Assembly: GCF_963921235.1 (NCBI RefSeq)
Contig: NC_086097.1
Coordinates: 241,058,001-241,122,000, forward strand
Origin: Mobula hypostoma
Lineage: Eukaryota
Reading direction: 5' to 3'
DNA length: 64,000 bases
The notes under the pieces were generated by a model. It made no database searches. It had not been told where the DNA came from and saw only the letters and a list, made by a program, of their open reading frames with translations. Below are positions 10,932-22,714 of this stretch, piece by piece (the first letter of the stretch is position 1; every line of letters starts with the position of its first letter). Position numbers and translations under genes: made by a program.

Positions 10932-11800
10932 TACATTGAAAGCAGCCTTCCCGGGAAATACTTGTTTGTTTTTTTCTCTCTTGTGCGGGGTGGGGGAGTG
11001 ATCTTTTATTCCCCCCTCTCCCTCCCTCTGTCTGTCGGGCAAGGGGGCGCCACACACTTCACTCGGCCGATTGAAAGAATCGCTTTCCGAGCAGAGAGAG
11101 AGAGAGAGAGAGAGGGCAGAGACGGCCGAGCTTGCTGCGAGAAAGCTGTTGGCGGGTTATCTGTGTGGAAATCACGTCTGAACAGTTGCTCATGGGGAAG
11201 ATCTTGCCCACAAGAAAAGGAGCATTGTTCTCAACTTAAGCTTTTACCTTTTCCCCCCTCTCCGTCTTGTCGCTGAGCTGCTCAACTCTTTTCTCATCAG
11301 AGTAAACGCAGCTTTAAGGGGAAAAAATGCATGATTTTTAATTGGGAAAGCCCAGTGTTGAATATCTGCGCTGGAATTAATTAGTGTAAATTTAAACCCG
11401 TTTAATGCAACTTCTGATTAGGTAACTTAACTGCCCGCCCTCTTTACCATTCAGCGCTTCATCTCCCGATAAGGCCACTTCTGTCGGAGGCACAAGTTCG
11501 TTTGTTTGTTCCCTCTTTCGTTCTCGTTCTCTATCAAAAGTAGAGTTGATCTTATCTGAGTCTGCGAGAGACCAGTATCTCCTCGTTGTCCAGAGTAAGG
11601 CGATTACAAAGGTGCAGACTCCGCTGCCTTCCACTGAGTGCCCTGCCGTGTCATCTGAGCGAGGCTGCTCAGATGAAGCCTCGCTGAGCGTTACACTGGC
11701 GAGACAGTCAGTGTCTGTACCCCAGTCTGTGTCCGTGTGTACTATCGTGTCTGTAATACAGCCGTTTTCCTTCTGATGTCAGAGTACTCCAGCGCTTCCA
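10700..11800 (-). promoter_or_regulatory. TRPS1 promoter / proximal regulatory region
   Basis: Lies around and upstream of exon 1; CpG-rich and repeat-free apart from microsatellites. Contains TGACGTAA (10755-10762), GATA sites and TAAT clusters (11340-11430). Confidence 0.6.
10883..10930. repeat. (CT)n microsatellite
   Basis: Direct reading. Confidence 0.95.
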
Positions 11801-12439
11801 GTCTTCAACACGAGTACCCATTACAAAATATGACTTCACTGTATAAATTCTGTACTAGTTTTAAAAATATCTTGCAGAACCTAGCTTTGTCAAAGTAAGC
11901 ATTTTATTTTATTTATGTAAGTGAGCTTGTCTTTAAAGTCCTGACGAGTGGTATAATCTTCAATCTGGCATTTGGAGTCATGTGAAAAAAGTAACATATT
12001 TTCCCAAGAGCTGTAGCCCCGATTGGACGGAAACCAACCATGGACTCTGTTTACACTTCTCGCTGCTTCGGTAGAGTAGCCAGCATAATCAAAGATCCCA
12101 CCCACCCCGGACACTCTCTCTTCCCCCACCCCCCACCCAGCAGAAGATACAAAAGCCTGAAAGCACGAACCAAGGACAATTTCAATCATACTGTGACAAG
12201 TTAGTAATACAGTAGTTCCCTAGTGCGATAAGATGGACTCTTGATCTCACAATCTACATCGCACCTTACCGTCTACACATTCTCTGTAACTGTAACACTT
12301 TATTCTCCATTCTCTTGCTGTTTTACCTTGTTCTACTTGATGCACTGTTGTAATGATTGATCTATGTGGACAGCGTGCAAGGCAAGTTTTCACTGTCATC
12401 CAACAATAATAAAGCATTTTATCATTTTTCCCCTTCAGG

Positions 12440-12890
12440 ATGTAGAGTCAGAGAAAAATACGGCACAAAAACAGGCCCCTTGACCCATCTAGTCCATGCT
12501 GAAACATTTAAACTGGCTACTTCCCTCAACTTGCTCCCGGACTATAGCCCTCCATACCCCTACCATCCATAAACCTATCCAAACTTCTCTTAAACATTGA
12601 AATCAATCTCATGTACACCATTTGCACTGGCAGCTCATTCCACACTCTCACCAACCTCTGAGTGAAGAAGCTTACCCTCATGTTCCCCTTAAACTTTTCA
12701 CCTTTCACCCTTAACCCATGACCTCTAGTTGTAGTCCCACCCAACCTCAGTGGAAGGCTAATCCTATTAGAGTCATAGAGCACTACCGCACAGAAACAGG
12801 CTCTTCGTCCTGTCTAGTCTGTGCTAGACTCTTATTCTGCCTCGTCCCATCAACCCCACATCTGGGCCATAGCCCTTTACGCCCCTCCTG
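12440..12890 (-). mobile_element. CR1 LINE 3' fragments
   Basis: ORF ...TRGHGLRVKGEKFKGNMRVSFFTQRLVRVWNELP... is the CR1 ORF2 C-terminus. Confidence 0.8.
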
Positions 12891-13594
12891 TCAGGAAGGC
12901 ACTGTCACCTGTGAGTCCTGAAGTATTTGGAGCCAGTCCATACACACTGAAGCCAGCGATGTCTTGAATTTGACCAGCCAAATGCTGCTGTCCTTGAACA
13001 GTTCCCTGTATTTCTTTTCGATTCTCCTTTCTTAAACAAACTTCTTGTTCTGTTTCTCTTCATTCTTAATATTTCACTTGATTCTCAAGCCATTCTCCAA
13101 TTTTCCCCTCATTGGCTTTCTTTTAATTATCAGCAGGCAAATACAGGCTTGTACAGAATGAGAAGCAGATCCAAACTGACTGTGGTTAAACAACTCCATG
13201 CAAACGCATGTGACAGATAAACTTGCTGAGTCATATATTTTAAATATATACGCCCTTTATGAAGAGATTTTCAAAAATCTAAGTGGTGAAAGCAACATCA
13301 CCATCGTGTCACAAAATTGGCTTAAGAATTCAAAGTACTGAGCGTATTATTCAGTAAAATAGTTGCGCCTGCCTTCAGATAAAATATTCAGTTGTATTGC
13401 TTGTACAGTCAGGTGGAATTTATGATCTGTTTACTTTCCAATGTGTTTCTGCAATAAAACGAGTGAGAAATGTTGATTTTGTGATTAGGGAGATAAAGAA
13501 TTAAGTTTGAGGACTGCTTTCCAGAGCGAAATGATGTTCTCACAATATTATCGTAAACCCATAAGAATAAAAATGTGCTCAATTCTGGCCAACT

Positions 13595-15010
13595 CATTGT
13601 AGGAAGGATGTGGAAGCTTTAGAGAGGGTGCAGAGGAGATTTACCAGGATGCTGCCTGTAGAGTCGTCAAGGTTATTGTCATTTAACTGTATATATGTCG
13701 ACCGTCAAACAAAACAATGTTTCTCCAGACCAAGGTATAAAGCACAGTGATACACAGAACACGCATTTGACACATAATGACTTAGGAAAGTGAGAATTAA
13801 ATCTACAAATGAATTGTGCATAAATAAACAAATTAGAGTGCAGAGCTCGAATATTGTAGGGTACAGTAGAAATTAGCCAGTGACTCTTGAATGCGATGTA
13901 GCAGAGAGTTCAGAAGCCTAATGGCCTAATGAGCACTCCTGATGAATGTTCCCGTTGGATGGTAGGGAGACCCATATGATCCCCTCAGCCGTTCTCACAG
14001 TCCTTTAGAGGGACTTCCAGCCCGATGTTCAGCTGCTCCCATACCAGATGGAGATACAGCTCGTTGGACGCTCTCAATGGTGCTCCTGTAAAATTCCATT
14101 AAGATGGGGGGGCGGTGTGGGGGAGCCTCGTTTGCCTCAATCTCCTAAGAGAGCATCTCGAATGAGGATAGGCTGAGTGAACTGGGGCTTTTCCCTCTGA
14201 AGTGAAGGAGGATGAGCCATGATGAGATAGAGGTGTTACCAGATGGATAAGAGACATAGATCGAGTGGAGGCCCAGAGACAATGTTTCCTGGGTGGAAGT
14301 GGCCTTTACCAGGGAGCATAATTTTATGGTGATTGGAGGAAAGTATAGGGGAGATTTCAGAGATAAGTTTCAGTTTAGAATATTGTAACTATCACCACAG
14401 AGTGGTGGGTGCATGAAACATGCTGCTGGGGTGGTGGTAGAGGCAGATACATAAGTATTTTTTTTAAAGCATCTAAATAGGCATGTCGATGATAGGAAAA
14501 TGGAGGGCCATGCAGGAGGGATGTGTTAGATTGATGTTCGAGTAGGTTAAAGTTTCAGCACAATATCGTGGGCCAAAGGGCGTGTTCATTCGTTCATTGT
14601 GTATCATGTCATATGACATGAGCGATTCTGGTTTTTCCATGACCATGATTGTTCTTGGCAAATTTTTCTGCAGAAGTGGTTTTGCCATTGCCTCCTTCTG
14701 GACAGTGTCTTTACAAGATGGGCACAGCCATTATCAGCACTCTTCAGAGATTGTCTGCTTGGCGTCAGTGGTCGCATAACCAGGACTTGTGATATGCACC
14801 AACTGCTCATACGACCAAAAACCACCTGCTCCCATGGCTTCACATGATCCTGATCAGGGCGGGGGGTGGGGGGCTAAGCAGGTGCTACACCTTGGCCACA
14901 GGTGACCCACAGGCTTGCAGAGGGAAAAGCAGCACCTTACACCTCCTTTGGTAGAGATATATTTTCACCCCGCCACCATAAAGGGCCTGTATTCTGGTGT
15001 AATGTTGTGT
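13595..15010 (+). mobile_element. CR1 3' fragment interrupted by an antisense Rex1-like fragment (~13670-14150) and an RTE-tailed SINE-like element (~14585-14977)
   Basis: CR1 sequence GAGAGGGTGCAGAGGAGATTTACCAGGATGCTGCCTG resumes at GAGAGCAT...GAGGATAGGCTGAG. AAAGGGC recurs on either side of the second insert. Confidence 0.6.
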
Positions 15011-18000
15011 GTTTTGTAATACAAGCAGGATTAGGTCACACAGGCATGGAAAAAAATAATCATGGTGATTTATTACAGGTCTCTCAGATGGTTTGGGACA
15101 AATTTAGCCTGGATAGACCCAGTTTACTTATTGTTGTATTGCATCAGGATCAGAATAAGATTTACTATCACTGACATATATCATGAATTTTGAGGTTTTA
15201 TGGCAGCAGTGCAGTGCCAGACTTACTATAAGTTACAATCAGAAATATTAAAAAATAGTCCGTGCAAAAAGAGACCAAAATTGTGAGATGGTGTTCGTGG
15301 GTTCATAGACCGCTCGCAAATCTGATGGTGGAGGGGTTAGAAGCTGTTCCTAAAATGCTGAGTGTGTGCACTCTGATGGTAGGAATGTGAACAGTGCATG
15401 TCTTGTGCGCTGAGCGTCCTTGATGATGGCTGCCACCTTCTCGAGGCATCACCTCTTGAAGATAGTGGGGAGGCTGGTGCCCGTTTTTGGGGCTTCCTGA
15501 GTTTACAACCCTCTGCTGATTTTTCCAATCCTGTGTGAAAGTTTCTTTGGATTACAAGTGAAATTTTTATTGTATCTGAGAGGTAGTGACAAAAAAAAAG
15601 TTATGGATTGCTATAAATCAAAAATGAAAGACCCAACTTGGATTTATGTAGGTTAATTATTAACAAGATAAGACCATAAAGATCAGAATTAGGCCATTTG
15701 GCCCATCAAGTCTGCTCCACCATTGCATCATGGCTGATTTACTAACCCTCTCAACCCCATTCTCCTGCCTTCTCCCTGTAAACTTTGACACCCTTACTAA
15801 TCAACAATCTTTCAACCTCCACCTTAAGTATACCCAACTGGCTTGGCCTCCCCAGCTGCCTGTGCCAAGGAATTCCATAGATTCACCTCTAGCTAAAGAA
15901 ATTCCTCCTCAGCCATGATAGAACAGAATAGAATTACACAATGCATCATTATCTCTTAAATAGTTTGCAGATACAAAGAATTTGTTTTAGGTATGAACAT
16001 TGACTCATTCTACTTTTAGAAGTGTTCACTTAAAAAAAATATTTTATTACAAGTTCCTCTGTTGTGTCAGTGCATATTTCCAAAATTGCATATTATGCAA
16101 CACTTTCAGCATTCACCGTTATTGTCTGAAGCAAATGACCCTGTCGTTTTCACCTTCTGATGTTACAACCTGTACTGGAATTAACCTGTAATTTCTGTCC
16201 TCCCCCAGCATATATCCATTGTTTATAATTACAGGCTTTCCCTTCACTTGCGCAGTCAACTGATTGTGTTATAACACCAGCCATTCAAAATGCTATAAAT
16301 ATAGAAAATGATAGATCGGTGGGGATACATTACAAAAAAATGGATTTGCGTGCCGCAAGTACTGATATGGTTAATCGAAGGTTTAATCTTAAACCAGCTA
16401 ATCTCAGACAGAACGATTGCAGAGATGCAGCAACTGCCCTTAATGTCTCCAAGCTAGGGTGGGGGAAAATCCGTCAGGGTTACTGCCCTAACAGTTAATC
16501 ACAATACAATAGCTTCTTATGAAACTGAACAAGAACATCTGATATTAAATCAGACATAGTCCATTCAGCCTTTATGCCAGTCTCTCCCATTCATTTAGGT
16601 TGATCTTCTACTCTAGTGACTCTTTCCTGTACTAATCCCAGATCCCTTTACTTCCTTAATATCCATAAAACTCCCCAGCATCGGGAGTGTCTTCAAAAGG
16701 TGATGCCCCAAAAAGGCGGCGTCCATCACTAAGGACACCATCATCCAGGGCATGTCCCCTTCTTAATACTATCATCAGAGAGGAGGTACAGGAGCCCAAA
16801 GACACACACTCAGTGTTTTAGAAACAAGAGAAAAGTCTGCAGATGCTGGAAATCAAAGCAACACACACAAAATGCTAGAGGAACCAGCAGGCCAGGCAGC
16901 ATCTATGGAAAAGAGTAAAGAGTTGACTTTTCAGACCAAGAACTTTCAACAGGGTTCAACATTCTAGGAACAGCTCCTTCGCCTCTTTCCCTCCTTCATC
17001 AGATTTTTGAATGAACAATGAACTAACCCATGAACACTACCTCACTATTTTTGTTCTCTTTTTTGCATTACTTATTTAATTCATAGATATAGAAATCTTC
17101 ATTGCTGTTTCTGTAACAATATTTTTTTGACCTGTCAGGGTTGTTAGCCCTGAGCTGAACCCCTGAACCTGGTGGACCGGTGGGCCTCAATCCTTTGACT
17201 TGTTTGGCATGGGTGACCCTACCAAGAGCCAAAGCATAAAGCCCTGACTCCAGGCAACATAGCTCTCTGGGTCATTGACGCATGCAAGCCTCCAAACCCT
17301 AGGACGAGGTTGTGGTCGTCTTGGAGGGTATATATATCAGTTCCTAAGGTTGTCATAGCCAGGGTGGTAGTGGGAAGTAAGCTCCCACTACCTATAAAGT
17401 GCTCCAAATGGTGCACAATTCTAACAGCCTCTGACAACCAAGTCCAACCCTTGGGCTTCATGTGTGGCCTAGCTACTAGGCCCGGCCGAACTGTTTCTAC
17501 TGACAAGCGAGGGGGCAAAGGTGGACCACTGGCGCCTCAAAACCAGTTGCTTTGGGCAGGTGGGGCTCGTCAGCCTTGGATGGCAGCCCACCTAGGAGAA
17601 GGAAACTCTGATTTTAAACCTCCACTGCCTTGCAGCCATACCCACCCACGGGAAAGGGAGTAAACCCCGAGGAAGAAATCCAGCGCTGGGGTCCCTAAGG
17701 CAGTTTGATGTTGTTTACAACTTCAGTCTGGCAGCAACCTCTGCAACGACACTAGTGCCAAGCTATATCAGTGCTTGCCCTTCCCTTGGACTACATCAGC
17801 AACATGGAGAGGGAGAACACACTGCATTGGCAACAAATCTTTCCTGCCCTGGAGAGGACACAATCCACCAGAGGCACAAACCCATGATCCCCTGGGCTTG
17901 ATGGCTACATAAATTTCTTATTGCTATTTATAGTGCTTTTTATTTATTGCTGCTGCAAAAACAACAAATTTCATGACACACGTTAGTAAAATTAAACCTG

Positions 18001-18544
18001 ATTTTGATTCTGATTCTGAAAACTATCCACCTCTGTCTTGAATATATTCATCAGCTGAGCCTTGACAGCCCTCTTGGCTTGAGAAATCCCAACATTTAAA
18101 ACTCTTTTTTCTCCTCTCTGCCCTGAATGATCACCTTATTTTGAGACCAGGACCCTTGATCTAGACAGCCCAGCCAGAGTTGCAAGGTCCTCATATTAAG
18201 GATCAAGGACCAACGTTATTCACCATATACATTTACATATACTAGGAATTTATTGTGGTGTGTTGGTGAGACGTATAACAAAAACACCATTCATCAATGA
18301 TAAAGAATAAAGAATTATATAAAAAATAAAGTTAGAGGTTAAAGTATGGATAGGGAATAAAATGTGCATATATGCATAAACACCAGAGTATATTTACAAT
18401 GCTTGATTTCAATGTTTAAGAGAAGTTTAGATAGGTACGTGGATGGTGGGACTATGGAGGGGTATGTTTCCAGTACACATCAATGGGAGTAGGCAGTTTA
18501 AATGGTTTGGTATAGACTAGATGGACCAAAGGGCCTGTTTCTGT

Positions 18545-20655
18545 GATAGTCATAGTCAAAGTCATAGTCATAGTCATACTTTATTGATCCCGGGGGAAAT
18601 TGGTTTTCGTTACAGTTGCTCCATAAATAATAAATAGTAATAAAACCATAAATAGTTAAATAGTAATATGTAAATTATGCCAGGAAATAAGTCCACGACC
18701 AGTCTATTGGCTCAGGGAGTCTGACCCTCCAAGGGAGGAGTTGTAAAGTTTGATGGCCACAGGCAGGAATGACTTCCTATGACGCTTTGTGTTGCATCTC
18801 GGTGGAATAAGTCTCTGGCTGAATGTACTCCTGTGTCCACCCAGTACATTATGTAGTGGATGGGAGACATTGTCCAAGATGGCATGCAACTTGGACAGCA
18901 TCCTCTTTTCAGACACCACCGTCAGAGAGTCCAGTTCCATCCCCACAACATCACTGGCCTTACGAATGAGTTTGTTGATTCTGTTGGTGTCTGTTACCCT
19001 CAGCCTGCTGCCCCAGCACACAACAGCAAACATGATAGCACTGGCCACCACAGACTTGTAGAACATCCTCAGCATCGTCCGGCAGATGTTAAAGGACCTC
19101 AGTCTCCTCAGGAAATAGAGACAGCTCTGACCCTTCTTGTAGACAGCCTCAGTGTTCTTTGACCAGTCCAGTTTATTGTCAATTTGTATCCCCAGGTATT
19201 TGTAATCCTCCACCATGTCCACACTGACCCCCTGGATGAAAACAGGGGTCACCAGTACCTTAGCTCTCCTCAGGTCTACCAGCATCTCCTTAGTCTTTTT
19301 CACATTAAGCTGCAGATAATTCTGCTCACACCATGTGACAAAGTTTCCTACCGTAGCCCTGTACTCAGCCTCATCTCCCTTGCTGATGCATCCAACTATG
19401 GCAGAGTCAGCAGAAAACTTCTGAAGATGACAAGACTCTGTGCAGTAGTTGAAGTCCGAGGTGTAAATGGTGAAGAAAAAGGGAGACAAGACAGTCCCCT
19501 GTGGAGCCCCAGTGCTGCTGATCACTCTGTCGGACACACAGTGTTGCAAGCACACGTACTGTGGTCTGCCAGTCAGGTAATCAAGAATCCATGACACCAG
19601 GGAAGCATCCACCTGCATCGCTGTCAGCTTCTCCCCCAGCAGAGCGGGGCGGATGGTGTTGAACGCACTGGAGAACTCAAAAAACATGACCCTCACAGTG
19701 CTCGCTGGCTTGTCCAGGTAGGCGTAGACACGGTTCAGCTGGCAGACGATGGCATCCTCAACTCCTCGTCAGGGCTGGTAGGCGAACTGGAGGGGATCTA
19801 AGTGTGGCCTGACCAAAGGCCGGAGCAGCTCCAGAACAAGTCTCTCCAGGGTCTTCATGATGTGGGAGGTCAATGCCACCGGTCTGTAGTCATTGAGGGC
19901 GCTTGGGCGCGGCATCTTCGGCACAGGGACGAGGCAGGACGTCTTCCACAGCACAGGAACCCTCCGGAGCCTCAGGCTCAGGTTGAATACATGGTGAAGT
20001 ACTCCACATAGCTGAGGGGCACAGGCTTTGAGCACCCTGGTACTAACACCATCCGGGCCTGCAGTCTTGCTTGGGTTGAGACGTTTCAGCTGTCTTCTCA
20101 CCTGTCCAGCTGTGAAGCCCACCGTGGTGGTTTCGTGTGAGGAAGGGGTATAGTCATGAGAGCAGGGTGGGGGACTGTGAGGAGGGGTAGGAGGGGAGAG
20201 TGGAATATGTGTTGGTTGGGGGCCGACAACAGATGGCTCATGTGGGGGATGGGCAGGGGCCACAATGTCAAATCTGTTAAAGAACAGGTTAAGTTCGTTG
20301 GCCCTGTCCACACTGCCTTCAGCTCCTCTGTTGCTAGTTTGCCGGAACCCAGTGATGGTCCTCATCCCCCTCCAGACCTCTCTCATGTTGTTCTGCTGGA
20401 GTTTCCACTCAAGCTTCCTCCTGTACCTGTCTTTAGCCTCCCTGATCCTGGCTTTCAGGTCCCTCTGTATTGCCCTCAGCTTCTTCCTATTTCCATCTCT
20501 AAACGCCCTCTTTTTAGCGTTCAGGATGTCCTTAATGTCCTTTGTCACCCATGGCTTGTTATTTGAATAACAAAGGACAGTTCTTGTCGGAACATTGCAG
20601 TCCACACAGAAGTTGATGTAATCAGTGATGCACTCTGTGAGCCCATCAATATCCT
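18545..20655 (-). mobile_element. Rex1/Babar-clade non-LTR retrotransposon, 5'-truncated, RT region nearly intact
   Basis: ORFs 19769-20605 and 18704-19696 contain GPDGV, NDYRPVALTSHIMKTLERL, LDPLQFAY, FSSAFNTI, GAPQGTVLSP, KFSADSAIVG (decayed YxDD region) and RRLRSFNICRTMLRMFY. The 3' tail is (GACTAT)n after AATAAA. Confidence 0.9.
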
Positions 20656-21807
20656 GATGTTCTTTTCTATGACTCTAAGTCTCTATGTAAACAACATTAT
20701 AAAAAGTGTTTACAGTCCAGTGTAGTGACAGGAGGAATAGATGAGGGGATTGGTGTGTGGGTAATATTTCAAGCCCTGCAATAATTTTCTGTGCTTCTGT
20801 TAGATAACCCCTCATTCGTCGAAACTCAAAACGATGTAAGGACAGTCTGTGGTGTATTTTTGTCTTATGCCAAGCACCCACGCAACCTGTTGTACTCCCT
20901 GTATTGCAAGTATACCTCCCTGAACATAAGGAGACAGATGATCTAGGTGTAAACTCACTAGGGCTCTGCCTGATTGTAGTACGCAATTACTATCAGGGTC
21001 AGGTGATGCTGGGGTCAGGGGTCGGCAGAGATGTCTCCATGGTTGAATAACTCATCGATGATCATATTCTATCTTGGATCGTGGGTTGAATTCCATGCTG
21101 ATGAAAACCGCCATCATTAGCAAAGGACGAGTATTGCAAAACCACGTGTTGTCATTTATTTAGAGGTAGCTGTTCTCCAGTCCATTAGTCATGCAGCTAA
21201 TTATTCATACACCAAAAAAAGAAATCCCTGGCTGCTGTATGAAGCGAAAAGTAAACCTGGCAGAGGATTGCACTAATGAACGGAGGACAATGGCAGCAAT
21301 AAAAAAAAATTCCTGAGCCTGTTCCTCATAGTCTGTCAATGAGCAACTGAGCATTCAAAAGGTGTCCAGCCTGCACTATAGCTGGCATCATTTTTTTTAA
21401 AGCTGTGGAAACCAAATACTGTATATAACTGGGTATTAGGAACTTTAGTTCTACTAATTCGGCTGCAGAGGCCAATTCATTGGGTATATTTAAGGCAGAG
21501 GCTGATAGATTCTTGACCAGTCAGGGCATGAAGGGATACGGGGAGAAGGCAGGAGATTGGGGCTGAGAGGAAAATTGGATCAGCCATGACAAAATGGTGG
21601 AGCAGACTTTTTGGGCCAAATGGCCTAATTCTGCTCCTATATCTTATGATCATATTCCAGTATCTTGAAATACAAGCACAGAATGTTTCTGCCAACCTTT
21701 ATATCATTTGATCCATTTAAAATCAATATGTTTTGACTAAGTTTTCATTCTTTCTACAGCACTGGCTCTCTCAACCAAAGTAGCTTAGTGAGCATTACAT
21801 AGGTACA

Positions 21808-22315
21808 GTGACCACTATATTAGGTACACCGCTACACTTGCTCATTAATGCAAACATCTAATCAGCCAATCATGTGATAGCAACTCAATACATAAAAGCA
21901 TGCAGACGCTGTCAAGAGGTTCAGTTTTTATTCAGACTAAACATCAGAATGAGGAAGAAATGTGATCTATGAGACTTTGACTGTGGATTGATCATTGGTA
22001 TCAGGCAGGGTGGTTTGACTCACTGCTCATCTCCTGGGATTTCCACATACAACTCTCTCTGTGGTTTATGGAGAATGGTGCAAAAAAGAAAAAGAAGTAT
22101 CCAGTGAGCAGTAGTTCTGTGGGGAAAAATACCTTGCCAATGAGAGAAGTCAGAGAAGGATGGCAGTAACTCAGATAACCATGCATTACAACAGTGGTGC
22201 GTGGGAGAGCATCTCTGAATGCACAACATGTTCATCCTTGAAGTGGACGGGCTACAGCAGCAGAGAACCACACCAGGTTCTACTTCAGTACCTTATAAAG
22301 TGGTCACTGAGTGTT
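21808..22315 (+). mobile_element. Non-autonomous Tc1-like DNA transposon remnant
   Basis: TIR CAGTGACCACTATATTAGGTACACC ... ATAAAGTGGTCACTGAGTGT. A decayed transposase N-terminus is present (MRKKCDL.DFDCGLIIG). A related copy lies at ~29530-29972(-). Confidence 0.7.
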
Positions 22316-22714
22316 TATTACACAACATCAAACAAAGCATTTGTTTCAGTCAACACAAGCATTGTTAAAACTTATTTATTGAGGTACAGTGCAGAATAGG
22401 CCTATCCAGCCCTTACAGCCTTGCTGCCCAGCAATCCCTCAATTTAATCCCAGCCTAATCACGGGACAATTTACAATGACTAATTAATCTTCCAACCGGT
22501 AAGTCTTTGGACGGTCGAAGGAAACCCACGTGATCACAAGGAGAACGTACAAACTCTTGACAGGCAAGCATTGGGCTTATACTCCACTCTCGCCTCATCA
22601 TCTCTCAACGAAATCTATCAAAGTAGCTCCCTCACATGAGGAATTCTGCAGATGCTGGAAATTCAAGCAACACACATCAAAGTTGCTGGTGAACACAGCG
22701 GGCCAGGCAGCATC

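Noticed and set aside
10296..11057. Several 140-196 aa ORFs (VCVC, THTH and ERER repeats)
   Set aside because: These are artefacts of stop-free dinucleotide microsatellites.
18545..18580. Short tandem repeats such as (CATAGT)n, (CTAAT)n and (AGTTC)n
   Set aside because: These are retroelement tails or LTR-internal repeats with no unique spacers, so they are not CRISPR-like or telomeric arrays.
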